From: Paraspadella gotoi | Taxonomy: Eukaryota; Animalia; Chaetognatha | Assembly: GCA_051294375.1 (NCBI GenBank) | Contig: CM119266.1 | Coordinates: forward strand, 4,292,931-4,356,930 | Length of the DNA: 64,000 bases | Direction: 5' to 3' | Translations under genes and position numbers: made by a program | The notes under the pieces: generated by a model | What the model saw: the letters and a program-made list of their open reading frames with translations, nothing else | Database searches by the model: none | Told to the model about the DNA's origin: nothing | Shown here: piece by piece, positions 36,857-50,790 of the stretch | Numbering within the stretch: position 1 is the stretch's first letter | How the letters are laid out: each line of letters opens with the position of its first letter

Positions 36857-39800
36857 ATGACTTCGTCCAACGACCACACTCGCCGCAGCCTTTCGTCCAG
36901 ATTTCGCGGTCGCGGTGGAGGAGGAACCGTCGCCCGCGTCCCTCGTCTCCCGGAATTTCCCGCGGGCGACGCTCCGCCCGTCGCCGACTTTCCTCTCCCG
37001 TCCTCGGCGTCAGGCCTCAGGCTGAAACGGAGAGACACGGCCGAGGATCCGTTGGCGCGTCTGTTCAACGAACGAGCCACGCCCAATTTCGAATCGCAGT
37101 TCGATGAAGATGGAATTTTGTACGACGGTTCGCACATTTGCGATGAAGTTGGGGAGGAGATGAGATCACCCACAGTGGTGAGGGAACGGCCTCTTTCTTA
37201 AATTGTCATACATAATATACGTAATTATGTATATGTTAAATAATTAATAACAATGTTTACCATGATGGAAAAAAAAAGTGTCGCGGTTACTCTCCAGTTA
37301 TTTTTTGGCATTTTAATGTAAGAATCGAAAAATAAAATTAAAATATTAAGAAACTTTGGCCTTTTGTGATTCATTTAAGCTGTGTCTCATTTATGTATGA
37401 CAAAAAATACAGAATTTCTATGTAAAAGAAAATGCGTTGTCCAAAAAAATGCTTCCTTAATTTTTATCTTTTTTATATCTACACTTTTTATTTATACTCA
37501 TTTCCGGTTCTTTTTTATTATTTTTTGAGTTTATCCAATACTATTAAAAATCCCTGCCTTTTCTTAGTCTCAAGTCAAAAGGTTATTGCATTATCTCTAT
37601 TAGGATAGATTCAGGAATGAATCTTAATTCATAAGTCAAAAAAAGAGCAATATTAAAAATACATTGATGCTGTAAATATTACAGAATATTATTTTTAAAT
37701 TGTATCAAAAGTTATAAGGTTCCGAGTAACCTTTCTGTAAGCAAAATTATAATTTTTATTTACTTTTGGATGTATTTTCAGAATCAATTATCAAACAACT
37801 CCAAATATTAAAAAAATAAATATTTTATTGAAGTGAAAGACAAAGACAAAGCTTGGTTTACTTTATAGAAGATTAATCTTTTTCACTGCTTGCTAAGGAC
37901 CATTTTTTACCCCAAATCTGATAAAAAATATCATGTCAGAGATATAATTTTAACAATAATATGAGTAGTTCTCTTAATCAAAAAGAAGTAAAAACAGTTA
38001 GAGTCAACCTCTTTTGTAAGTATTTGAATGTATTGAATAATTTAATGCTTTTGAGAAATAATTATTTTATTCAGTCTTAGGGAAGTCATATTATCTATCA
38101 AAACTTATTTATTAGCCAAAAAATATATTTGACAATAAAATTAACTGGCTTTTCCAAACCGCGACACTTTTTTTTTCCATCATGGTATACAATATTATTT
38201 TATATAGATACGGAGGTAAACTGCTACTATTAATACATAGTAGTGAATCGAAGAGGTTGCAGCAGTTATTCGTTATGATTTGGAAATAACAAATAAAGAC
38301 ATATCACATAAAATCATGATCTAAAATTATAAAATATAAAAATAAATAATACTTGTTTTCTCAATTTAGTACGACGAAGAGCTAGACGATGGTTGGGAAT
38401 CTCAGTCCTTAACGGGAAGCCAAGGTAATCTATTTGTTTTTTGCGAAATTTAAAATTATGTATAAAATTACTTTGTTTATATCCACATTCGTTAAGGTAA
38501 ATTCTTTTCATAATTTTGCGAAATATCCTTTTCACAGGTGTTCGTTACATCACGGAAGAGTTAATAAAGAAAATCGCCAAAGAAGAGGATCTGACGCAAA
38601 TAACACATTTAACGCTGACGCTGGTTCCTAGAGAAGGAGGCAAGAAAATCCGATTCATCGAAAATCTGGGGAAACTTCGTCGGCTGACCATTTTGGATTT
38701 GAGGTACAATTGTAAAAGAATAATAAACAAGATTGAATAAATGATTAGAAAACTAGGGCCGAAAGTAATTGTAACCTTGTGTTGTAGAGATGCTTCCTCC
38801 ATTTCCAGAAGGCAACACTAATATCTCTCTCCCCATTACATTATTGAATATCAAATAAATACTAATTAAATCTATTACTTATGTGAAATATATCCAACTT
38901 TTATGTTCGTTTTAAAATTTTGTCTAATTTAGTTTAATGACAAATACAGTATAGTAAAACAAGTACATAATCTTACAGTTTTTCATATCTAATTGAGATA
39001 ACAACCATTACTGTTTCCAGCTACAATATTATCGAAAGGATACAAAATATCGGCCACTTGATTCAACTTAAAGAACTTTACCTTGTCGGAAATCGTATTT
39101 CCTCTTTGAACGGACTGGAGACGCTTCTGCGGTTACAAGTGTTGGACCTGACGGATAATTGCGTGGAATCGATTCCGCCCTGGATCAAAAAGCTTCGATG
39201 CCTTCGCACGTTGAGGTAGCGTTAATTGATAATCGTTATTCTTCAGTAATTTTTAGACTTAGCCAACATGAAATAGGTACAAACCAATATTATAACTATT
39301 TATCCAGATAATAAACAATCTATTTTGCCTTAGACTTTGGATGGGCAATGAGGGCCCTCTAGTATTCTTTAAACAAGATATTAAGAAATAACAAAACTAA
39401 AACCTGAAAACATTTTATAAAGACTTTCGCGGACTACATAGTGGCAATGGTATAATATTTTTAAATGTAAATAAATTTGTATGTTTTGAAAATTGGAAGA
39501 TTAGAAGTATTATTGATGTCATTGTCAATTATGACGACAGACTCGCAGACAACGAAATTGCGTCGATCTCGGATGTGATGCGTCTCAAGCCGCTCATGGA
39601 TCTGGTGACTCTGACGTTGAACGGAAATCCGATATACGACATTCCTCATTCTCAATCCTTCATCATTAATATTTTGCCGTCGCTCGATGATTTAGACGAG
39701 GAAGTCATTGATCCGCAAATGAGAGAAAATGCACAAAAAAGGTAAATGTAAATATGTAAATATTGACCTTAAACTATGAGACGTGAAAGTAGACAAAAAA

Positions 39801-42800
39801 TAACCATTTGTTTCCAGATTTCAAAATGAGCAGCTGGACCAATTGCAAAATCATCTTAGCGAAATCGAAAAACAGTTGACGAATGTCCAAACCCAAAACG
39901 AAAATAGTAAGGATTTATTAGTCGATAAAAGAAATTTTTTTTTTTCCAAAGGTTTAATTTGACCAGTAACTCGGTTATTACTTAATATCGTGTGAAATTA
40001 GGAGCTCTGCAGATCGAAATTACGAATGAATTCTCAATTATTTTTTCTTGTCCGATTTATATTAAACAGCTACTAAGACCGCTCATGAAGCACAGAAAAA
40101 CGAAAAGCGAGCTCTGGAAAAGGAGCATGAAGCCCTCGCCGCGAAAAGTCTATTAGAAGAAGAATTAGACGCCAAGGTGTGCCCTTAAAAATACCCTAGT
40201 ATGATTGACTTTACTATGATTGTTGTATGCAGTTGCTATTTTCACCATTTAACCTTCAACAGAACGCCCTGCTAAAGCGAAAAACGGCGGAATTGGCCGC
40301 CGCTTGCGAGAAACATTACCATCTCGAGCAAGAATTGGCGTTTTTCAAAATCGACGCCAAGTTCGACAAATTAGGACGAGAACCGTCTCATCCGGACACC
40401 GACGAGAGTCTGGCAAGCGTAGCCGGCGAGAGTCCGTATGTGGGGAAAGGACAATTCTCGGAAAAGCGGAGACAAAGGGAAAAAGCGAGAAGGAGACTCG
40501 CCGAGGAATTCGATAAGAAGTAAGAATGAAAAAAAAGGAAAGATTACCGAATTGAGTGGTCCTGTTAAACATTGGGAGGGTATATGACTAATTGACCAGC
40601 TATTTTCTGAAGATTATTAGTCACACTTATAAAATTCTTTTAGTACCGACAACGGAACCACAGCGGAAAGAACGAAACACGAAAATGTGTTGGATGACAT
40701 GATATCGAGAAAAAAGAATGAACTGAAAGATCTGGAAGATTCGTACAGAAAACGAAAAGATAAATTGGGAACTGCTACGACTCGACTGAGCCAAGTTGAA
40801 AAGCGTCTGGATCAAGCGAAGAAACAAATTAAACTCATGGGAAACGGAATTGAAAAGTTGACGGGAAAATCAATCACCGGTCCCCGCGACCTCACTCACG
40901 AATTACAATTGCAACAGAAGGTAAGTTTGTAGGCTAGCTGTGAAGAATAGAGAAAGGTTCTCATCACGTTTTCCAACTTTCAGAAAGTTCACGATTTGCG
41001 AAAAGATCACGAGGAATTACAGGAAGAGCAAGAAGAACGTGAAAAAATAATGAAGAATTTAGAATTGAGAATCCGAGATATGAGCGAAGATCATGATCGT
41101 TGCAATCAAGGGGATTTGGAATATGGGAGAATAAAGGTGACTAATTAGTTTAATTAGTTAATTGCATTACGTGGTGGTATTTATTAAATAGAGACTTTTT
41201 AGGTTCAAATGGAAAATGAAGAAATGCAACTAATGGAAGAAAGGAAACATTTGGCTCAAACACAGGAAAAATTGGAAAGAAACTTAGCAATTTTAATAAA
41301 GGAGTCTCAGAAACTGCAAAAACTTCAACAAGTTTTTGAAGAAAAATCCAAAGGTAACCTTCTCTTTATATTTAAAAGTATATGAATAATAATAATATAC
41401 ATTAAATGAATTATAATAGGTAATACTGATGATGATGATATAAAGAACGAGTTGGACTCAATTATCACTGGACTAAGTGAATATCTTGACAGACAACAAG
41501 AACTGGAACTTGATCAGAAAAAGGAAAATTCTGATCAGCAACAAGAAAATGCGAGACTTCAACGAGAGTTAAGCGAATTGAAAAGTAAGAACTTTCAACC
41601 CAAATTCGTATAATTTGTTTTTATCAAATAGAATGAAAATGACCCTGTGTTCGCATTTTTTTTTAGACCTTTCAAAATCGTCAGAAACGAAAATACAAAC
41701 GTTGACTAAAGAATTGACCGATGCCAAAAATGTAATCGAGGACGTTTCGAAAGTTAACGAAGACTTGAAATTCAAAGCCAATCAGGGTAACTCTCAAGCA
41801 CAATTGGAAACTCTCCAAGAAAGTTGGAATCAAGAACGAAAAATATTACGAGACAGATTAAATGAAGCTCAAAGCAGCGAACAAATTCAAAGAAGAAGAA
41901 TCGAAGAAGATAAAAAATATTTAGATGAAAAGAATCGGGATTTAACGATTCAAGTTCAATCTTTAAATCACGAACTGTCTCAATATAGATTTAACCAACA
42001 GAAAAGCCAAGACGACATCGTCAACATAATGAACTCGATCATCTATTCTACGTCAGACGTCGCTCATCCAGATGTCTTCGCTCGCCTCCAACAGCCATTG
42101 CAGGAACCAATGAAACGCTTGCACCAAATCGTAACTGAAGCCAAAGATGAGTGTGAAAAAGCGACGAGAACGAAATCTGAATTGGCATCGCTCGAATCGA
42201 CTTGGAAAGGGGAGTTTGCCAAATCGGAATCTGCGGCCAAAGCCATTGAGGAGCAACTCCGCGTCGCTGTAGAGAATTCTCGCGTCATGAAAACCAAGTT
42301 CGAGGAGGAGAGAGAGGAGTGGAAGAATCGAGCCGCGAATTACGAGATGGAGTTGCGGCGTTTGAAGAAAGAACCCAACGTTCCGTCCCCAGAGGGCGTC
42401 GTCAAGAGTCACTCGAGAGAAACGGGAACCAGCGGGGTTTTCTCGTCCACGGATTTGCCGACGGAAATGGAAAACCCAGGAAAAGAAAGAGAATCGGCGG
42501 AGATGACGGCCGCGTTGAGCGAGTTGAGAGATCAAGTTGCCGAACTTAAGGATCGATTGATGAAGAGAAGCCAAGTTGGAGATCGAGTCGTCGAACAGAA
42601 AGATCGAAGAACGAGGAACGACGCTAAATATAGACGTGGAGACGAGAGAAGAGACGAAACCCCGAATCCAACTTCAGATTCTAGAGAAGATGAGACGGAC
42701 GATGGAATTCGACCGGAAGGCGATTCTCGGAACCGGAATAAAGCGAGATCCTTCAAGGGACGGAAGTTGAAAAGCTCGAGGGAATCGATGGGAAGCGAAA

Positions 42801-43822
42801 AGACTCGGTTATACGAAACGGAAATCGAAGATTTAACTTTATTGATAAGACAAAGAGAAAAGGAAATTGAAAGTTTACAAACGGCGATGGAAAAAGAAAA
42901 GATCGAAAGGGAACGACACGTCGATGAAGATCGACAAGGATCGGATTTAAGACGATGTCAGGTAATGCGTTGAAAATAGAAAATAGCATACTTTATTTAA
43001 ATCTAAATAAATTCAAATTAATTTAATCTTTTAATCTGTAACGCATCGCTCGTTTAGCTTTGCTTCGACGTTATCGAACGGTGGGACGCCCATGCGCCGG
43101 AATGCAATGGCCGTCATAGAGGAACTGTTCAAAGCCAAACGAGCCTAAAATCTTTGCCAGGTAAATAAATATTTACCACGATCGTACATCATACTATTTA
43201 TAGACTAGATTCCCTAATTGCCACACATGTTACAGATCTACATCCTCAATACTCGTCCACGCCAAACGTGGCTACGAACTTCATCGCCAACCGTCACGTT
43301 CAGAAATCACATATTTTGACGCGCGCGGGCGACGAGATGGGATCGCTCGCGCCCTCGAGAGGTGCGCCCACCACGCGCGTCATCGTCAACGTGGGTTCGC
43401 CGATTCGTAAAGAAGAAAAGATTCGGCCGACGAGAGTTTACTTCGACAACTTTGACGACGACGACGACCATGGCGACAACGTCGGAATCGAAGATAATCT
43501 TCCCGAGACGATCGTCCGAGACTTTCCCGTCCATCATGACCCGGATGAGATAAAGGAGACGCTCGACATCCGGGGTCGAGGAAGAACCCGCGACAAAGAA
43601 AACTTGGCAGAGAAGACTCGGAGAAAAGCGTCGAACAAAAGAAAACTTCGAATGGAATTGGAGAAAAAAACTGAGAGACTAAGAAGCATCGAGTCTGACT
43701 TGAATTACAGGCGTAGGAGTTTGGATCGACTTCTGCAGGAAGAGGCTTTTTTAAAAGCTAATCGGGAAGGAACGAGAAAATCTTTGAAGGAGATTAACGA
43801 CGCTTTGTCTTTGAATGATTGA
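36857..43822 (+). CDS. CNTRL: Centriolin (N-terminal LRRs plus long coiled coil), multi-exon
   Basis: GVRYITEELIKKIAKEEDLTQITHLTLTL..EGGKKIRFIENL (exon from 38539) and LKRKTAELAAACEKHYHLEQELAFFKIDAKF...GESPYVGK (40263-40520) match conserved centriolin blocks as I recall them. LRR exons at 39021-39214 and 39541-39741, then coiled-coil exons. Confidence 0.9.
37260..38185. mobile_element. Tc1/mariner-type MITE in centriolin intron 1
   Basis: TIR ccatgatggaaaaaaaaagtgtcgcgg with its reverse complement at 38159-38185; TA on both flanks. Confidence 0.8.
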
Positions 43823-44290
43823 AAATTGGGATTTGCCCGAAATCCGGATTAACTTATTTTTATACACGAGTTTTGTTCGATGTTAAAATCGGTTTATGTT
43901 AATGTTTTTTTAACGATTGTCTCACAACTGATTATTGTTAACTGTTAAACCACTATGGTTGATAGAACGTTACTATACGTATTATTTATTTATTACTAAT
44001 TTTATTAAGAGATGTTGACGAATTTAGTCTCAAGAGAGAAACTGCAGGACTTGTAGATTGACAAAAAATGAGAGGCAAATAGCTAACTCCTAATCTACCG
44101 ATCAATTTAAAAGAAAAAAATATTTTTTTAAACGTCATTAAATAGGATTTGTATTTTTTTCTCTCGAACAAACTCGTAGAAAACGTTCAAGTATCTTCGT
44201 TTATTTCGAAAGTAGAAAGATTAAAAAAAAATATCAGTAAAAATAATCCGAAATTAAAAACTTTAGAAAGTAACAGAGTTTGTTTGTGTT

Positions 44291-44825
44291 TCAATCATCG
44301 CTTCTATTCATGGGTTGAGACTCGATCGGCGCGTCCTCCGGTACGGAACTCTTCACCTCCGCCGCCGACGGGTCTGCACCCCCGAAGTCCTCACCCCGCA
44401 TATCTTTAGGAAGGCATCTCCCGCAGCAACAATTGCAGCACATGCAACAGCAAAAGCAGCAGTAGCAACAAGTGAGGATGCCGCAGCAGAGGATGAAGGC
44501 TTTGGTCCAGGGGTTCATGAGTTTGCAGTAGAGATCCGCCCGTTCCGGTCCGAACATGTCGGAAAAGTAGAGGCCCATGCTGCCGTACTGGTCGTACACT
44601 TGACGCTGCGCATCATCGGACAGAATGGAATAAGCGCGGGCGATCTCTTTGAACCGTTCCTCGGCGGTCGGGTCGCCGGGATTTTTGTCCGGGTGATGTC
44701 TCAGCGCCAATCTGCGGTAGGCGCGTCGGATTTCCTCGGGTGACGCGCGTTTGTCCACGCCAAGGATGGCGTAGAGGCTTTGGCCCTCCGTGGAGAGCTT
44801 TCGCTCCCGCCCGCCAGAGTTCATC
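44291..44825 (-). CDS. DNAJC5: Cysteine string protein (DnaJ subfamily C member 5), intronless
   Basis: [16 protein letters not shown]-domain with [16 protein letters not shown], and the cysteine string [25 protein letters not shown]. First in-frame ATG at 44825. Confidence 0.95.
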
Positions 44826-45524
44826 GCGGAATCAAGAGTCGTTCGCTCCACAACATTGTTAAAAATTTAAAATGTTTTTAACGTCGCGCGTTTCGACTTC
44901 GCGCTCAGCGTTTTAAGCGATATATATCTTGATACATCAATTCAATAATGAAGAAAAAACTAACAAGCTGGGTTAGATCCAACATACTTTCTTAAATATT
45001 TTCTTACTTTTAAATAAATAACGAATTTTCATAAAATTTGAATATTCGAATCATACCATTTATTTATTTATTTATTTATTTATTTATCAAACATTGTTGG
45101 ATCAATCTCATTAAACCAATAATGTATGTAGACATAAAATAAACACTTAAAATTATCAAGGTAAAATAATAAGGTTATAAAGATATCACAAATATTTAAA
45201 TGATAGTCGTTTTTGAGTTATAAATTCCAGAAATCGTTACTCAGGTAATATCAAAAATTGAATACATCAAATCAACAATATATAGATTGTTATTCAAGAA
45301 TAAATTAATGTTCAAAAGGAAACTTGAAAAATAACCGTTTGACTAAAATGTCATGTCAAAAATCAAAAATATTTTGACATAATCAGGATCAACTTTTTCG
45401 TCCAGATTGTCATTGTCGATCGCTTAGTTCGATGTTTTGGTTCGGTCAATAATATCGATGAGAGTCTAAACAAGTTTGTTAACCTTACCCATTCCCTTGG
45501 TAAGGGTAAGGGTCCCTTTGCCCT

Positions 45525-48500
45525 CTAATCGTCGTCGTCGTCGTCCTCTCCGTACATCCTAATCGGAACGAGACCGACTCCAACGCCACCTTCGTGATTA
45601 ATCATCGGATCTACGACGTCCCATCGATCCGTCTCGGGATCGTAGCACTCCATCGAATTCAAATTGTTCTCTCCATCGTAACCTAAGAGTTAAGACTCAT
45701 CGCGTGAAACTTACCAAGTATCTTCGTCGTCAAATCTCTCGTCAAATAACTTACCTCCGATGGCGTAGAGTTTTCCGCAATTGACGATGATGGCGACGCG
45801 AGATCTTTTGAAATTCATCGGAGCCACGTAAGTCCAAGTGTTGGAGGATGGGTCCAGCGTCTCTACGCTGCAGAGAAATTTGGAGCCATCGTAGCCTCCG
45901 GCGCAGAAGAGACGACCGTGTAGCACGGCGCAGCCGAGGCGACACCTGACAATATTGGCAAGCGATAATTTCTATTAATTTATTCGCTTCGGTCAAAACA
46001 AATAATGATTCACGAATCAAGTGATAAGATTTATAATTAATTTGAAATTTTATGACTTCGTTCGTAAGCCCCCCCCCCACCCAGAATGTAACTCCCGACA
46101 TAATTCTTTAACAATTGTCACCTTTTCTCGAGCATCGGCGGCACCGACGTCCACTTTCCTGTAGATGGCGTGAACTTTTCCACGGAGAAGAAAATCTGAA
46201 GTCCGTCGTGTCCGCCGGCGACGTAGATGTCGTTTTCGAAGACGGCGACGCCGGCGGCCGATCGCGGACGAGACATTGGTGAGAGGAGTCTCCACACGTT
46301 CTCCTTGAATCGATCACGAAATTGAGCTCTTGTCTTCATAAAACTCTCCTTCTTGGCTCGCCCATTTATATAGTATGTCTAAATTTTTAGTATATTTACA
46401 CTTACTGGGACTTCAGTCTAGATTGATACGAAGAACGTGTAATAATAACCCAACTAAAACCTCTCGCGTAATAAAATAATTGATCCTAGTAAAATACTCG
46501 TCTTTTAGCCCACAATTCCAAAGACAAGCTTGTCTTCTGAAGAACTAACATGTTAGTAAAACGGTTAATTTCAGAAGTATCACCCTACTATAAAATCCGT
46601 GTAGTTATTTCCACAATCCTATTACATCCAACCTCACCTTAGGACTAAAGACTTCCACTGAATCCAACGACGTTTGTCCATCGTATCCTCCGCAGACGTA
46701 GATCTTGGAAGAGTAAGCGATGGCGCCGAGCGCCGATCTCTTCGAGTTCATCGGCGCCACTTTGTTCCACGAATCCGCGTCGGGGTCAAAGGCTTCGACG
46801 CTGGAGAGTCGCTCCCGCCCGTCGTAACCTCCGACGGCGTAGAGCAATCGATCGAGGACGGCCACGCCCACTCGGGATCGTTGCGTCGACATCGGCGAGG
46901 ACATTCGCCATCGGCGAGTCAACGGGTCGTACATCTCGACGGTCGAGAGGGAATCGCCCGTCGACGCGAGGCCTGAGACAAAATTGAGGGAGAAAATGAA
47001 AGAAGATGATGACAGAAAATTGGGTCGTTGAGGCCGAAAATTTAGGGGAAAAGAAATGAGAAATGAAGAGCGAGTGAAGTGACGATGAATGTAAAATGAA
47101 AGGAAATCAAGGGAAGGACGAAGGGAGAATAAAGAAAGAATTAGAGAAAATTGGGGCAAAAAAAAAAAAAGGATAATTCTTATTTCAAAGGGAACCCGTT
47201 CTTTTAACGTACGTAGAAGAATGAAATTAAAAGACTTAAGTAAATTGTCTCAAATAATATTTATTCTCACCGCCGACGGCATAAGTGTATCCGAGGACAT
47301 CGAAGCAACATCTGGGTCGAGTTCTGAACGTATGAAGTCGAGGCCGTCGTTCGGGCATCAAGTGATAATCTATCAAAATTAGGATTCGAGACGCGACTTT
47401 TTTTTCGTCAAAGACAAAAATGCAAAAGAAAAAGTGGAACCTTTAGCTTCGTCCAAAAGATCGCGACAATCCAGAGATTCGTGAACGAGATCGTCTTTGG
47501 CCACGACGTCTGTCAGGTAAGCGGGACTGAGTCCAAAAACGAGATTTGCCATCAATTAGGACCGAGTTGTGGTCATTCTCTTATCGATTCCATGATTTTA
47601 AACAAACCCGTACCTTAGCAACGGGAGTCTGACGAGGACGAGAAGATCTTTGAGCAAACTCTGCCGACTTTCGACGTCGTATCGCGTCCACTTCATGGCG
47701 GCGGTGAAGACGACCTCTTCCGACGAGACGTGGAGATCGTCTCGACTCAAGATGGCGCTAACGTCGGAGAAATCGAGAGACAGAAACTCTTCGTGTCGAA
47801 CGACCTTGAAAAGGGAATAAGGAAATAAGACAAATACTGAGCTCGTTTAAAGTACAATATAGTAGTGCCCGATCTAATAATAAGGGGATCCTTTTATACA
47901 ATCGAGACATACTGAAATGTTATATCACTTCATTTATAGGGGAGTCAGGTTCTCTGGATGTGAATAAACCAGACTGTGAGATAGTCTTGATTGAAAGCTT
48001 GCGGGCACTGCAGGGTCTTGCTATGAAATTCTTTTGTGAGAGGTATGGCAGTCCTGAACCCACCATAGCCTGTCCAAAGTCATGGGCAAGACAGCTTATT
48101 TATAAAATGAATGGATAATTGTACCAATTTCATAAAATTATTAGAGGACTTGACTTGTCCAACATTAAACTGACCTGAGGGAAGTGCTTAGTGATAAATT
48201 TGTTAGCGGCGTCGACGAGGGACTTGCAGTGATGCTGATCACCGAAAGATCGAAACCCGACGACGTTGCGAGGATGAAGTCGAGCGACGAGGAAATCGCA
48301 ACAAGCGTCTTTCACTTTCTGTCGCCGGGGTTAATGATTCAATATTTAAATAATAATACAAGGAAATACTAGTTAATAAAGATTGACTTTTCGTATTGGA
48401 CAATATTGAACCGTTGTTGGTTGTACAAATTTTATAACTTACAGCTCCTTGAATTTTGAAGCTAGTACTCTTCCTTGATTTACTTCTTTGGGTAACAGTT

Positions 48501-49849
48501 CTATCAGCGATGAGAGAGTACTTTGGAATTCTTGTTATGGTATAATCTTGTAAGAGGAATGAATGCTTTTCCCAACCATAGCCTATCAAAAGTCACGACT
48601 GATTTATTTATTTATTAAATAATTTGTAGGACGAACTCTCGTAGTTCGTAGCTCCTTTTGTTATAATTCTATTGATATGTTAGAGAGAGCAAAGAATTTT
48701 GAATTTAACAACGATTTTTTTATTAGTAGTTGGACATGTTTCGGCTTGCTTATTTCAAGCCTTCATCACCTATGAACAACGAAAAAGAAAGGATTAACGC
48801 ATCATATTGATATGTTTTAATTATATTTTCCTTTCATACAGATTGTGATAATATTAATTAGCCATCGTCAGGGTTTAGTATTAGTTTCGTGTTTTTGTTG
48901 CCCGTATGTCATTCTATATGCATTCCATATGCGTTATGTCATTGAATAGGCTGAGCTTACAGGAGAGGTCATTGCGATTCTGATTGTATTCCGATGCTTG
49001 CTTTTGCTTATCACCAGATCAGGATCATACTTGATCCCAAAGACTTGCGTTTCATGAGACTTACTTTGAGATTGAGATAAGAAGCTCCGACGAGAATCGA
49101 TTGGACGTTGGACATCGTGATATCGATTTTTCCGCTGTAAGCGAAACCAATGAGATCCTCCATGGCGTCCGGCTCGATGCTCGAAATGGTCACCTTGACA
49201 CCAACACTGGATTGTAACTACTTATGGCCAAAGGACATTCAACAAAACCAAGTTTGTTCGAATCGATCATGCGACATTCGTGAATAAAGGCAATATATAC
49301 GTATATATAATTCTGTCGTTTATAACTAAATAAGGTAACTAATTATACGAAATGCTATAAACTCGTGAAACTTTACCAGTGCGCTAAATCGACATGATCT
49401 TTGCAGTTTGAGCCCCATTTCTTTTAAGGGCTTTTCTCAAAAATGTCAAGAACCTACCTCTTCTTGCTTCGCTTCCCGCATGTCGTTAAGAAACATGGCG
49501 TGAAAGTAAGGCACTGTGGCAGCGAGTACGATTCTATGAGCTAAAATTCGCTGCGACCCCACCTAGGGGCGGAATAAGGAAATTTAATAAAACCCGACTC
49601 TAGAATTGAGTAATGAGACTACAATTTTCATAGAAAACTATTTCATTCATGTACGACTTAAATATCTCTTCAAATACATATCGTATGTGGAAGTACGAGC
49701 GACATTATTTATTAAGAAAAGGCTTTTACCTTGATCACAACGTCGCACAACTTTTGGGATTTTAAGATTTGTTCCATGACTGGATAACCTTCCAAAGGCA
49801 GCTCCTTCTCACAAAATTTGTAACTCGCTTCACGAGAAGAATCATCCAT
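45525..49849 (-). CDS. KLHL18: Kelch-like protein 18 (BTB-BACK-6 Kelch), 11 exons
   Basis: [56 protein letters not shown], kelch repeats [31 protein letters not shown], and C-terminal HEGGVGVG. Confidence 0.92.
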
Positions 49850-50790
49850 TTTTTCTTCGAAATCACATTTAGTTTGTAATGACTAAAATAGTTCAAAGTT
49901 GTTCTCACTATAGCAGGGTCATTTCTAACTTGAACATGAACATTTCTAAAGTTTTAACTGCAACGAAGCAAACTTCACTTTAAATAATAACGAACAAAAA
50001 ATATTGGGTTAGAGCTATATTGTCTATTTTACATACGATTTCGAAATCAAAGCTAGGAACTGTTAACAACGATTTTTAAATTCGATGAACTGAAAATGAA
50101 AAAAAAAAACACATTTTGTAGCATGTACATACATAAACAAATTAAATTTTTTTTGAAATTTTTTTCTGTTGGGTGTTCCTGGTATCCTGTATAGCGAAGA
50201 AAATGGATTAACAAAATATTTTAAATTAGCACGAATAATCTGCTTTAAGTAATACTAGCTTTCGCATGACTTTTGCAATACAATTTAAAATTTTTAAATG
50301 AATTTAGCGTTTGATTAAGTCTGAATTTTGGCGAATGTAGTTCTACGAAGAAATACAAGAGAATAATGTACACGAAAAGATGAATAATATGAACCGCGAT
50401 GGTGGGAAGGTGGCATTTTGGTCAAAAATTCCAAAACTCTGTCCAAGAGAATCAAAAGTCAACCGCATTCACTATCACACTGAATGCCTTTTTTTAGCAA
50501 ACTTCCATTGATTCCGATCCGAATATTTAAAAAGTTTTTTATCGAATTGCGAACAGAAAAAAAAACTGAAGTTGAGGGGGAAAAATCCTGTTAATTAAAC
50601 GGATTACGAAGAAGTCAAAAACACAGATATCATATTCCAATTAAACGCAGGAAACAGCTGAAGCCGAAATTAAAAAAAAAGAACGAAAATTGAAAAACAA
50701 AACTTTTGAAATAATACAAACCTTGAAGAAAGTCTTACCAAAAAAACACACAGATAGCTTACCAAAGGAGAGAGACAAGCAAATTCATAG

